A DNA stretch of 63,855 nucleotides, filler included, from Guillardia theta CCMP2712 (Eukaryota; Protista; Cryptophyta): assembly GCF_000315625.1 (NCBI RefSeq). It is 3 parts of 3 records of this genome, joined end to end, with 100 filler letters (N's around TTAATTAATTAA, not from the genome) between each part and the next. Parts side by side here need not be neighbours in the genome. Positions count along the whole stretch, not along the records: positions 1 to 28,800 come from NW_005434497.1; 2 more parts are not named here. One strand, 5' to 3'. The position numbers and the translations under genes were made by a program. Positions 1 to 12,957 of this stretch are shown in pieces. The notes beneath the pieces are model-generated. The model saw only the letters and a program-made list of their open reading frames with translations, made no database searches and was not told where the DNA came from. Within the stretch, counting starts at the first letter, position 1. Every line of letters starts with the position of its first letter.

Positions 1-95
1 ATTCAGCTTGAGGAGAACTGGACAGGAAGTCTTTCAACCTTTCATAGACATGTAAGACAGTACTTGAGGAAGAAAGCTTCTCCGTGGCAATCAAC

Positions 96-210
96 GATTT
101 CCAATCAACAAAAGATTTCAATACGCAATTTCCAATCAACAAAATATTTCATGAAGTAATTTACAATCAACAAAATGTTTCATGAAGTAATTTCTAATGA
201 AAAAAATTAG
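96..210. repeat. Degenerate AT-rich ~31-bp tandem repeat, 3-4 copies
   Basis: ATTTCCAATCAACAAAA(G/T)ATTTCA recurs with short spacers. Confidence 0.7.
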
Positions 211-232
211 ATGATTGCTCCTATCCATCCAA

Positions 233-1793
<1,561 letters not shown>

Positions 1794-2768
1794 AACACCA
1801 CTGTCAAGAGATCGTAGGGGGGAGAAACTGCCCAGCGTGCGTCTTGCGCATGTGGCATGAAAGGAGGTGAAGGGGGGGGGCACTCTCCAGTTGTTTNNNN
1901 NNNNNNNNNNNNNNNNNNNNNNNNNNNNNNNNNNNNNNNNNNNNNNNNNNNNNNNNNNNNNNNNNNNNNNNNNNNNNNNNNNNNNNNNNNNNNNNNNNNN
2001 NNNNNNNNNNNNNNNNNNNNNNNNNNNNNNNNNNNNNNNNNNNNNNNNNNNNNNNNNNNNNNNNNNNNNNNNNNNNNNNNNNNNNNNNNNNNNNNNNNNN
2101 NNNNNNNNNNNNNNNNNNNNNNNNNNNNNNNNNNNNNNNNNNNNNNNNNNNNNNNNNNNNNNNNNNNNNNNNNNNNNNNNNNNNNNNNNNNNNNNNNNNN
2201 NNNNNNNNNNNNNNNNNNNNNNNNNNNNNNNNNNNNNNNNNNNNNNNNNNNNNNNNNNNNNNNNNNNNNNNNNNNNNNNNNNNNNNNNNNNNNNNNNNNN
2301 NNNNNNNNNNNNNNNNNNNNNNNNNNNNNNNNNNNNNNNNNNNNNNNNNNNNNNNNNNNNNNNNNNNNNNNNNNNNNNNNNNNNNNNNNNNNNNNNNNNN
2401 NNNNNNNNNNNNNNNNNNNNNNNNNNNNNNNNNNNNNNNNNNNNNNNNNNNNNNNNNNNNNNNNNNNNNNNNNNNNNNNNNNNNNNNNNNNNNNNNNNNN
2501 NNNNNNNNNNNNNNNNNNNNNNNNNNNNNNNNNNNNGGAGAAGAGAGGAGGAGTGACACGGAAATGGAGGACATGAGGGGAGCATGGACGAAAGAGAATG
2601 TACGAGGGCAAGCAGGGTAGAGGATGAGAGAGGAGAGAGGAGAGAGGAGAGAGGAGAGAGGAGAGAGGAGAGAGGAGAGAGGAGAGAGGAGAGAGGAGAG
2701 AGGAGAGAGGAGAGAGGAGAGAGGAGAGAGGAGGAGAAGCAGGTGCATGGGCAGAAGGTTGCGATTAC

Positions 2769-4517
2769 CATGAGAGCAGCGGTGATCCACATGGTCGCCA
2801 TGCCCACAAGAATGTCAACCTGAGGTAGGAGAGCGATTAGAGTGAGTGGAAGAGGATGATGAAAGGGAAGGGAAGGCGTGAGGAGAGAGGAAGAGAGTGA
2901 ATATACCAGAGATGATGGAAGAGAGTGGTACGAGAGGAAGGAGGCAGGAGAGGAGTAAGGAGGGGGAGGAGAGCAGGGACGAGGACGAGGAGAAAGAAGA
3001 GGACGAGAAAGAAGAGGACGATGAGAAAAAGGACAAGGATGAGGATGAGGATGAGGAGGAGGAGGAGGAGGAGGATGAGGAGGAGGAGGAGGAGGATGAG
3101 GATGAGGATGAGGAGGAGGAGGAAAACCACCTTCCACAGGTTGTTCCTTGCCACATCCAGCTGCAGGGTGAGCAGGTCCTCAGTCCCCTCGATCTGCAGG
3201 CAGGCTTGAGGAACATCAGCGCGCGCAAGTCGCCGACCTCTTTCTCGATGAGCATCAGCTGGGAGGAGAGGGCGTGAAATTCCAGCTCGTAAGTGTCCAG
3301 CAGGAGCTGGACGTGCTCGGTGTTCCCCTTCCTCGCCCTCAGCAGCGCCTCGTAGGTGACGGCGTCCTCCTGCATGGCGGAGAGGTACATGAGCGCTAGG
3401 GCGTCCTGATCGGTCTGAACCTCCTCGATGGCTCGTTCGCAGCCCGCAATGTCCTCATGGAGCTGCGACAGGTACCTTTTGAGCTTCCAGATCCTGGTCA
3501 GCATCTTGCTGCCTATCGTCTTCCTTAGCCCCTCTGCTATGCCATGCTTCTCGTTTACGCATGTCTGCACTCCCTCCGAGTGGTACGTCACCAGCGTCAG
3601 CAGGATCGCCTCCACCACCTTGAACTCGAAGGGAATGTCGAGGGAGGAATCTTGCGTCCCCTTGTTCAGTCTGACCAGGAACGGCTGGAGCAAGTGGTCG
3701 GTGCCGTCGGGGATGACGATGTAGGCGTTGCAGTGTGTGATGACCGCGTTCAGGAAGCCGAGGGCAAGGACGATCGCTCCTCTCCTTGCCATGATCGCAT
3801 GCCCTTGGAAGCTCGTCAGCCTCCTGAGGTCCCGCAGGTGGAGGTTTGCGCAGGAGCTCAAGTAGTCGTGGGAGGGGGAGGGCGAGGACGAGGGCCCAAG
3901 TTTCTCCCCAGTCACAGCAGCGATGTCGCTGCGGCAGGCAGTGAGGAGGTCGATCCTCGAGAGGTCGGTCCTCATGAAGTATTCTCCCTTGCTGTTCACC
4001 TGCATCAGAAGCAGCATCTGACTCTCATTCTCAAACGCGCTCCTGCTCGGGTCGTCACGGACGGCATACCGCTTCACCTCGAACGATGTCCGGAGGAACC
4101 CTCCCTTGTCTTTCTCCTCCTCGTCGCCACTCTCCTCCTCCTCCTCTTCCTCCTCATCCTCATCCTGCGTGTCCAGCACGTCGGTAGAAGATTGAGTGTT
4201 GAGACCCAGTTGGGTTCTCTCTATCCCATCGTTCGCCTGCCCGTCCTCGTTCCGGAGCTGCTCCTGCAACGCACTCTGAACGGCAGCAATGGCGTCGTTG
4301 ACGCTAGAAGGGTCCAAACTCATGCGCATGCTTCCTCTGAGAACAACCGGACAAGGTTGCTGAGCTTCACCCTCAGCAACCTGAGCTGGAACTGCCTGAG
4401 GTCCCTGCATGTGGAGCTGTCGCCCAAGATGCGGTCGATCTAAAGTGTCAACATCCAGAAGGTTGTGAACCGTGAACACTGCAAAACATCATCGTCATCG
4501 TCATCGTCATCGTCATT

Positions 4518-4565
<48 letters not shown>

Positions 4566-4642
4566 TACTTCATCATCCATTTCATCGTTATCGTGTCAGC
4601 CCGTCTCAATCCCCCATAGAGGTCTTCTCTTTCCTCCGCCAT
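2769..4642 (-). CDS. MRS2: MRS2/CorA-family magnesium transporter; 3' end (expected GMN motif) lost in the N gap
   Basis: LHLRDLRRL, PFEFKVVEAIL, VQLLLDTYELEF and spliced LDVARNNLWK|VDILVGMATMWITAALM match MRS2/ALR motifs. The start codon at 4642 is tentative. Confidence 0.8.
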
Positions 4643-5560
4643 GGCCACTCCTTTCCATCTTGCTTTCTTTTATCGTCGATTAGCATAACGCCACACAATA
4701 TCATCTCCCGTACTTTCAAAGACTCTGCTGTAGAATCCTCTCTACAGCAGATCCCTCACTAACCTTCCTCCATCTCCTCTCGCCCTCACTCTACCGATCC
4801 CCTTCATCCTCTTGCCCTATGAGCACCTCGGTGCACGCACGGCCTTCTTCTCCCTCTCCGCTTCCTCGTCCATCCCACTCACTCCCCCTCTCCTCTACTT
4901 TTCTCCCTCGGTACGCCTCCTCACCGTACGTCCCTCCCGCTCCCTCTGGAAGCAACGGACGTTGGAAGATTGGACGAGGAGGCTCAGAAGCCCCTGCCTG
5001 CCTGCCTTTCCTCCTCCTCCTCCTCCATCGCCTGCCCGCCCCTCTCTCCCTCCTCCCTCCTCCCTCCCTGCCTCTGCATCCCTCCAATGCCATGTTCGCC
5101 TCATCGTCCTGTTTGTACCCCGCCTCAGAAACCTCTAATATGCAAAGGGGGAAGGGCAAGGACGGCAAGGGAAGGGGAGAGGAGGGAGGGCAGAGGCGGG
5201 GAGGGGAGGGGAGGGAGGGAGAGTACGAGGGAGACGAGTTGAGAGGTCTGCTAGGAGCATGCTTCTCTACACTGAAGATGCTTCCGCCCATTGGTCACCG
5301 GACGTTGTCTGGTTCAGTTACAAGAACAATGGCAACGATCGTCTTTATTCCCTTGAAACGCTGCAGCAACAGCCAGGCTCACCTGAGCTCCCTCAAGGCA
5401 TCCTACCACAACTCAACCCAAGGATGCACGACAACACACACGGGGAGACATGGCGGAGAGCAGAAACGTCGAGGATTGGACACCATGGTGCGGTACGAAC
5501 AGACCGCAAACTCCGCTTCCTGGCTGAGCATGTGCAAGCCAACCCCTGTGGGAGCGCTGC

Positions 5561-6544
5561 TCATACTCGCTTGACTGCAGTCACCTTGACCCCGCCAGGA
5601 GCGAAGAACGCCAGACGATTCATCAGGTTCGCCTCATTGGACGTGAGCTGGGAAGTGAGCAACATGCGGCTATTGCAGGGAGGGGCAGGACGTTCTTGTC
5701 CTCCTTGCTGTCCTCGGATCGATTCTGAGGGAGAGAACACGAGCACGGCAAGGTTCCATCTGCCCGCAGTCACTCCGGTCCTGGCGAGGAACGCGTTCAC
5801 ATGGTGCAGCTGACAGTCTGACTCGACCAGGAAGGCAGGAATCGACGGCTTGCTTTCCTGCTTCTGTTTTCCTTGAGCTTTCAGAAGCACTTGTGCGCTG
5901 ACCCGCCTCTCAGCCGAGTACCTCAGCTCCAGCACGAAAGTCTGAAACATCCGGTGGTCATCAACCCGCAGCTGAGGGTCGACAGCCTCGAATACGTCCT
6001 TCCTCTCCGTGAGGTGGAAGTATTGCTTCGCCGATTCGCTCATGGCTGTCACCTTCAGTCTGTCGAGGTCTACCTCCATTATGTGCAAGCATCGGCTCGA
6101 CAGAAGAAGCTCGCGGTAGAGAGCTGCGCTGGTAGGAGCCTGACAGCTTGGCTGCCTAGGCTGGGCGTTCAAACTCCTCAGAACTTTACAGGCATCCTGC
6201 AGGACGAGGGACAGCGATCGACCGGAGGACCCCAGCGATCTGTGACCCACTCCCTTGAAGTTCTCGGTCTTGGCTTGATCAGGAAGCAGCTCGTCCAGCC
6301 TTGCCACCAGAGCGTTTTGCTCCCTTCTGAGCTTTCTCTTCTGCTCCGCCCTGCATTCTCGCTCGCGGGCCTTCTGCGCGACAAGAAAACGGTTGACAGG
6401 AGAAGATTCGCTCGGAGCCGAGGGAGATGATACAGGACAGATTGTCGCTGCCAACATCACTGTACCCTGTTGGTTGTCTTGTTGCCGTGTTACCTCATAT
6501 TGTGAATTAAAACTGAACATCTGCTCGCGTCTGAACGTGTGCAC
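5561..6544 (-). CDS. Divergent bHLH-like putative transcription factor, possibly followed by a PAS-like region
   Basis: Basic region and helix 1 (EQKRKLRREQNALVARLDELLP), loop, then helix 2 (SLSLVLQDACKVLRSL). Start and 3' exons are uncertain. Confidence 0.5.
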   Translation of the reverse strand: MHTFRREQMFSFNSQYEVTRQQDNQQGTVMLAATICPVSSPSAPSESSPVNRFLVAQKARERECRAEQKRKLRREQNALVARLDELLPDQAKTENFKGVGHRSLGSSGRSLSLVLQDACKVLRSLNAQPRQPSCQAPTSAALYRELLLSSRCLHIMEVDLDRLKVTAMSESAKQYFHLTERKDVFEAVDPQLRVDDHRMFQTFVLELRYSAERRVSAQVLLKAQGKQKQESKPSIPAFLVESDCQLHHVNAFLARTGVTAGRWNLAVLVFSPSESIRGQQGGQERPAPPCNSRMLLTSQLTSNEANLMNRLAFFAPGGVKVTAVKRV

Positions 6545-6556
6545 AGTCGTGTAAAT

Positions 6557-6622
6557 ATTTCACAGATCCATCACAATGTCATGCAGTGAATATTCCACAG
6601 ATCTATCAAAATGTCATGCAGT
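6557..6622. repeat. Two-copy ~34-bp direct repeat upstream of the bHLH-like gene
   Basis: TATT(T/C)CACAGATC(C/T)ATCA(C/A)AATGTCATGCAGT occurs twice. Confidence 0.75.
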
Positions 6623-8269
6623 CTTGAGCCCAAGGTCAGTCTCCATGGGAGGGCCAGGGGGAACTCTTCATTCCTAGGAAGTCCGCGACTTGATATCGTC
6701 GAGCTTCCTACAATCAGAAACTGAGCTCTTGAAGGAGAAGGGCGAAGAATCGACGTGAGAGCGGAAGATGCAATACAGAAATGAAAGGGATGGGCTACGA
6801 CGATGTGGCGGGGCGGAGAAAATGGCAGCGACAGCCGACCCCAATGATGAGACTAGCAAATTCAGAAAGAAATGTCAAGGCTGAAGGCGGGGATCGAGCA
6901 AAGAGGCAGGAGGAAGTGGCGACAGAGAGGCAGGAGGCAGGAGGCAGGAGGCAGGAGGCAGGAGGCAGGAGGCAGGAGGCAGGAGAGGAGAGGAGAGGAG
7001 AGGAGTGGGGGTTGGGGGTCGGGAGGTTGTGCAGCAGGATCCAAAAAGCCAATGATGGTCGATTTTACAAAGAACGAGGGGGTGGGGTGGTCATGAATTT
7101 ACTTACACCCCCCCAGTCGTATCTTGTTCCGGGTCATCGGACGGGGGTAGGGGGCTAGTCCCATTAATAAATCAATTTTTTGCGCCGCTGATCGACTACC
7201 CCCACCCTGATTGAACACGGAGACCACCGGTGGTATGTAACACACCCCTATCTCCCTATCTGTAGATACCGTCTCTTCAATGAGAACCCCAACAAGAACA
7301 GGTTCTGACATCACCCCACCCCCATCAGAGCTTCGAAAAGACCCGTACTTCGACACGACCGTGACCGCACCGGACCTCCGATGAAAAAAAAACAAACCGA
7401 AGGGGGGGTAGGACGGAACGAGCAAAGAACGCAATGCTGGCCGAAGGATGATACAGGGATGCAACAGGAACACAAGGATTGATCTGCAAGGAGATGATGA
7501 GTCCGCTCTTTGAAGGCGCAGACAAGCATGCGAGGGGTGGAGCATTGATTTCACAATACAACACCATTGCATTCTGCCCTGTTCACGATGTAGGAGAGGT
7601 AGAGGATTTTTTGTAAGAATTTGCACAGGAAAACTTTTGGAAGGGCATGATCAAGAAGAACAAGAAAACTACGATAAGATGTTTGGGCTACGATCATCCA
7701 CCAGCAAATCAGACAAGTGTGTACTTAGTGTAATTGCGATGGTGCCGTACATGGTGATGGGACGCCGGATCTCAAGAGGCTAACAAGGATGATTTATTTG
7801 ATCAACTGCATTCAATTGTGAATACTTGATCCATCCATGCATTAAAAACTATTGACAATCGCGTGAATTGCTCAGGATGGAAGTGAAATCGCACTTTCAG
7901 TCTCTACTTGCTGCACAGATCATGTGCTGTGCGGCTTGTGCTTGAAGTTGGACGTGACCGCCCGACTCGCAGGTCAACTTTCTTTGTTCTTGGGTGGAAA
8001 ATTGAATTATGCTTTCAGTCAACAATTAGGACCATATCCGAGCAGCCTTAATCGTGTCGGGCTTGCCTCAAGATCGAAGAGGCTACAGTCAGGAAGACAG
8101 ACCTTTACTTGCCGGATTTTGCTACCTCTGAAGATAAAAAGTGAGGCGAAAAATTCAAGAAGTGCGGCCTCTCGGCGGTGTCATGCGCGAGTCTCACGAA
8201 CACTGCCCCGATCCATCTGATTTCGCTCGATTTCGAATTATGACTCCGACCACTTAAAAACTCGATTTA

Positions 8270-9900
8270 GCCGAACCGTCAGTCCCCGGCGTACTACCGT
8301 AGTACGGATCATTCTATTTACTTTGAGTAAAAGATACCGTACTATGGTACTAGTCACCCGTAAATGTGGGGTAGTACCGCCGGTTCAATTCTGAACTCCG
8401 AGCCGCTGAGACTCCGAGGCTCCGATTAGCGGCCTGCTACGTAGGCGGGCCCGGGCGAGATCATCGACGGTCCGATCAGGGCGGCCGGGCCGGGCCGCCG
8501 CCCGCCGTCGGCTCGGACTGAGTCACGGTCCCGCCGGGTCCCAGTGGTGCCATTATTACTTAACTTTGACTCTGAGCCCGGCCTGGTTGGCAGGATTGGG
8601 TTTGGTTCTCGCTGTCTTTTCTCTTCTCGCCGTTTGGCCTGTGCGACAGTGTCAGGGTCAAGCCTCCTCGACTCTCCTGATTGTCCTCGTACTGATCTTT
8701 AACTTAACTTTGAGTAAAGAAGAGTGGAATGCGAAGCCGGACCGTCGGGAGGAATGCGAAGCCTGTTCCGAATTCCCGGAGTCCGAACTGTTGGCACTCA
8801 CTGAGTCAGTCACTCGGGAGTCAGTGACGGCCGTCGCCGCCGGCCCGGACGGGACTCCGGGAGGAGGCTGGCGGTGTGGCCCTGAGGCTCAGCTGACGGC
8901 CCCCGTACGGTACCGTAGTACGGTACGGTACGGTACGGTCGGACCGCCGCCGTAGTGACGGCCCGGCCGGGCGTACCCGGCGGTCAGACCGAGTGGTCCC
9001 GCCGGACTCCTGGAGGCTCAGACTCAGCGCGGCCGGAGTCCGGGCGTCTGGCACGCCGGGTACTACCGTAGAGTCACTGGCCGAGGGCACTGGCTGCTGA
9101 CAACTTGATGGTGACCGTCCGGCCACGGCCACGGCCGGGTGGCCCGGCCCGGGCGCCCTGCCGGGGGCCCTGCCGGGCCCGGGGCCCGTGGCCCCCCGGC
9201 GGGACTGAGTCCCATCGCCGACCGTGCCGGGCTTGAAGTTCGCCGCCGCGTTAGCGGCTGCCCGGACTCTGAGCGGCCCGGGCCCCGGCGGGCCGCCGCC
9301 GGGCCGCATTCAAGTGACTGACGGAGCACAAGTCTAACATACTTGTACTGTGCCAAAGCCGTAATGCAGACACCATATCGACCTTAGTTCAGTGTCACGA
9401 GTAACAAGACACTGTTTTGCTCCGAGTCAAGACCGAGTACGGTTTAATGCATACAAAACCAGAATTGAGGCCCCTGAGCACATGAGAGATAGACAGATGA
9501 TCATGGCAGTGCTAGCCGGGATGTGAAATTGAAACCGTGGCGGCCAAGCAAAGTGGGAACTTCTCTCTGAGTCACCGGCCGGGCGAGTCAGGCTCCGCCG
9601 GACACTGCGGCCCCGGCTGTGCGGCGCGGCAGGCTGCCGGGCAGTGTCAGTGCACGGTGTCCGGGAAGCCCGGCTTTGAAGGGCCGGGCTCCGGTACTGT
9701 ACTACGGTAAATGATCCGAGGAAACCGTCTGAGCACCTCTGCTTGGAGTGTCACGGCGCCGCCGGTCACACTGGCACGGTCACGGCGACGGTCCGGCGCA
9801 CCGTGGCCGGGGGGGGCCCGGGCCGATGCTCAGTGACTGAGCATCCGGCGGCCCGGGCCCCGGCCGCGGACGGTCACCGGCGGCCACACCGTCCGAGTGA
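8270..9900. repeat. GC-rich mosaic of short palindromic words, containing one copy of the dispersed AT-rich motif (8670-8718)
   Basis: Dense CCGG/CCCGGG/CGGCCG/GTAC/TGAGTCA/CAGTG words and no credible ORF. Similar blocks at 11560-11800, 21150-21720 and 34050-34640. Confidence 0.6.
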
Positions 9901-9906
9901 CTGTGG

Positions 9907-11067
9907 TCAGCCTCTGACCTCGATGTCGGACTTGAACTGCTTCCAGCTGTTCACAAAGGGGTTTCCACCTACCACCATCCGAGCGTCGATGATGTCCGCA
10001 AGCACCAGGGCAGAGAGATAGGCGTCGAGCGCTGTCGTGTTGACCACCAGCAGCTTTCCCAGCACCGTCGAGTTCAGGAGCTTCGGGATAGCCCTGGAGG
10101 AGACGGCGTACGCATCCACTCCCATGTAGGCTACCATGTTGCCAGGGAGGAGGGGAGGTACCTCGCGTCCAGTGAGGTAGATCATGTCGGCGTGGGGGTA
10201 GAGGCAGAGGGTGGCGCTCATCTTGTCCAAGAATGCTTCCACAGAGTCCATCATCCTGACGTCGTCCTCGAGGATCAGAAACCATGCTCCTCTGGGAAAG
10301 TTCCTTGCTCGCATGATTCGCTCCCATACGACTCGGTGAGCTACCCAGCTCGCAACCTTGCCCTTGAACCGCTCGCTGCGAGTGTTGGGCGGCTTGCCAT
10401 TGATCAGTTGGCCTTTCCAGACGCTGCTAGATGTGAGCGGCTGCTTCCAAGCAACGAGGATGTCAGTGGCGGTTTCGTATAGGCTCCTGTTGATGCCGTT
10501 CTGGCGGCTGACGGACCTCACCACATCGACGCCCTTGGAGGCCAGGTTGGACAGCAGGTTCCTCCTCCTGTCTGCCCGGTACCCGAGATTGATGTAGAAG
10601 ACCGGGAGCATGGAGGTGAACTTCTTCGGGCAGCAGACATTGAGGAGCGAGAGGTTCCTGTTGTACACGTACGTCACCTCCTCCGAGCTGGATGGCGAGA
10701 TCCACATCACTTCTCTGCTGGGTTTCCGAGCTCTCAGCTCCCACACCCACTCCTCCTCGGGTATCTTCGCCGGGCTCCACGCGCCGGTCACTCCCTCGCA
10801 GGTCAGGGCAGCCTCGCACGCGACTTTCGCCTCCTTCAAGCTGTAAAACGAGCTATGCCGCTTGCCGTTGGAATAGAAGGCCGGGGAGTAAGGACCCATC
10901 CATTTCAGACTCTTCACCAGTATGCCATCGTTGCACCCAACTTCCTGCTTACTTGCGTGCTTGACATCGCGCGCGGCCGGCACCAACGAATGCATAAGAA
11001 GCACAGTGAACGGGATGACGATGTATAGACCGACCTGTAAGCTCCTCACCAGGCTCCCCAACCTCAT
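9907..11067 (-). CDS. Glycosyltransferase family 25 (GT25)-like type II membrane protein, single exon
   Basis: N-terminal TM segment, then VFYINLGYRADRR, SWVAHRVVWERI, LILEDDV and DAYAVS, the typical GT25 motif order. Confidence 0.8.
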   Translation of the reverse strand: MRLGSLVRSLQVGLYIVIPFTVLLMHSLVPAARDVKHASKQEVGCNDGILVKSLKWMGPYSPAFYSNGKRHSSFYSLKEAKVACEAALTCEGVTGAWSPAKIPEEEWVWELRARKPSREVMWISPSSSEEVTYVYNRNLSLLNVCCPKKFTSMLPVFYINLGYRADRRRNLLSNLASKGVDVVRSVSRQNGINRSLYETATDILVAWKQPLTSSSVWKGQLINGKPPNTRSERFKGKVASWVAHRVVWERIMRARNFPRGAWFLILEDDVRMMDSVEAFLDKMSATLCLYPHADMIYLTGREVPPLLPGNMVAYMGVDAYAVSSRAIPKLLNSTVLGKLLVVNTTALDAYLSALVLADIIDARMVVGGNPFVNSWKQFKSDIEVRG

Positions 11068-11642
11068 CCTCCTTCTGAAGCTTCACTCCTCCACTAGAGC
11101 AAGGAATCGACGGACACGGCTGGCAACTTCATCCCTCCTGCCCCTCTCGCTTCCATCCGCCTGCCCGATGCTGCAACTTCTTCTCGACATGTTTCTGATG
11201 CAGAACTTCAGTGAGTCACCGTCAAGTCATTCACCTTCCCCGAATTTTTCTCCCTCCCCCTCTCCGACTCGCTCGCTTCCTCCCTCCCTGCCTCTCAAGG
11301 GGTTCCTACTCTCTCCAGGCTCCCCCTCCCGCCCCGGCTTCCTCCCTCTTTTCCCGCAGTGCTCACACACCCTCCTTGCTTCACTGGCTTCACACTGTGG
11401 TACCTCTCTCCCCCTTGATCTCTGGCACCCGGTCCCGCTCTTCCTCTTCTCGCCCAGCATGTCTCGCTTCAACCTGCGCGAGCTCTCTCACCCTCCCCAC
11501 CTGACTCAGGCTGCTCGTCGGGCCATGTCCCTAGCCCCGTTTTGCAGGAGTGTTAACTTCGGACTCGGGACGGGCCGCCGGGCCCGGGCCCGGGCCGCTG
11601 TGTCACCCGGGACCCTGACCAGTGAGGCTCCTGAGCCACACA

Positions 11643-11749
11643 TTTACTCAAAGTTAAGTTAAAAATCAGTACGAGGGCAATCACTCTGAGAGACTTGACT
11701 GCTGGGAACTTGTCTGCTCGTACTGCTTTTTAACTTAACTTTGAGTAAA
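11643..11749. mobile_element. 107-bp element with 33-bp terminal inverted repeats (candidate MITE or hairpin)
   Basis: TTTACTCAAAGTTAAGTTAAAAATCAGTACGAG (11643-11675) pairs with 11717-11749 with 1 mismatch across a 41-bp spacer. The same motif occurs at 8670-8718 and 21475-21516. Confidence 0.5.
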
Positions 11750-12061
11750 GGCTGGGCTTGACGACCCGGTGCCGCAGCAGGTGCCGCAGCCGGTGCCGGG
11801 CCAGAGAGGGGATGGGGGGGGGGGGGGGGGGGACCTTTTGCGAAGTGCCGCATACGATGCTTAAGGAACGTTGGGGAGGAGAGAGATGACAGGGTAAATC
11901 TCAGAGGAGAGGGAGGGAGTGAAGGGGAGGAGAGTGAAGTGAAGGGATCTACAGATTGCAAGGCTTCTTTGGTGGAGAGGAGTGGGCAATCGGGAAGAGG
12001 GGCAATGGAGGATCGAGCGATAAAAAACTGATGTCGTAGAGCAGATTCAAAAAGGCGCAAA

Positions 12062-12800
12062 ATGGCTATAGGAGAGGGCCCGGGCCCTCTCAAACTTGCC
12101 ATCGTGCTCGCCGTCGCCTCTGTTGCAGCTCTTACCTTGACTGTGGGATGGAGGGGAGGAGGGGGCAGCACCAGGACGGCCCTGTTCCAGCGACCCCCCT
12201 CGTTCCTCGAAGACCGTAGGTACCTCGCGCCTCCCGGTGGATACGTCTATCGGCGAGAGCTGCCCCCTTCGTCCTGGCCGGAGAACTTCGACGGTGCGTG
12301 AGCTTTGGGAGGAGGAGGAGGAGGAGGAGGAGGAGGAGGAGGAGGATGAAGTTGAAGGCAGGCAGAAACTTCGTCATGATCGACCGGGAGGAGCCAGCGA
12401 TGGACGCGGAGTTCTGGCAAGCTGTGGCAGCGAACACTCCTGTAGAGGACTACGACTCCATGGATGATGTAAGGCGGATGTGGTGGATGGGGAGGACGAT
12501 GGAAGGAGATGAGGGGAAGGACAGAGGCAGAGGGAAGGGGAAGGGGAAGGGGAGCGAAGTAGCAAGAGGAGGAAGGGAGGAGAAAGTGTGTTGTGCGTTT
12601 GACTTTTACCCTACCAGCTGTCTGAGCCGTCGGAGGAGCCCACCAGCTGGAACACCAACGTGTGGTGCCCTTACGCTATCTGTGAGTGAAGAATACTTTT
12701 GCTTGCTCCTCATCCTCTTCCCGCAGGCGACTACACCTCCGAGTCCCCCGAGGACTTTGAGATCGCCGAGTACTCGCCTGCCGTCCCGTGGATGCAATGA
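12062..12800 (+). CDS. Small N-terminally anchored or secreted acidic protein of unknown function, 4 exons
   Basis: Exons 12062-12293, 12362-12468, 12618-12681 and 12727-12800 join in frame through GT-AG introns; hydrophobic N-terminus. Confidence 0.65.
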
Positions 12801-12957
12801 GGAAGAAAGGGGAGAAGCAGGAGCAGGGGAGCAGGAGGGAGGAGAAGAAAGGGAGGAAGACGAGAACGGACGACCGTCATGTGTTTTAATGAGCATAGTT
12901 TACAGTCCAACAGTTAAAGCGACTTGGTAGAATCTCCGCTATCGCCGTCCGCATCCT

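Noticed and set aside
4800-5560. Independent + strand gene between MRS2 and the bHLH-like gene
   Set aside because: No consistent frame or motif; it may be 3' exons or UTR of the minus-strand gene.
7450-7830. Possible decayed gene or transposase fragment in an AT-richer stretch
   Set aside because: Only short open frames and no recognisable motif.
8566-9356. Gly/Pro/Arg-rich ORFs in the mosaic block
   Set aside because: Explained by high GC and few stop codons; no domain or consistent splice structure.
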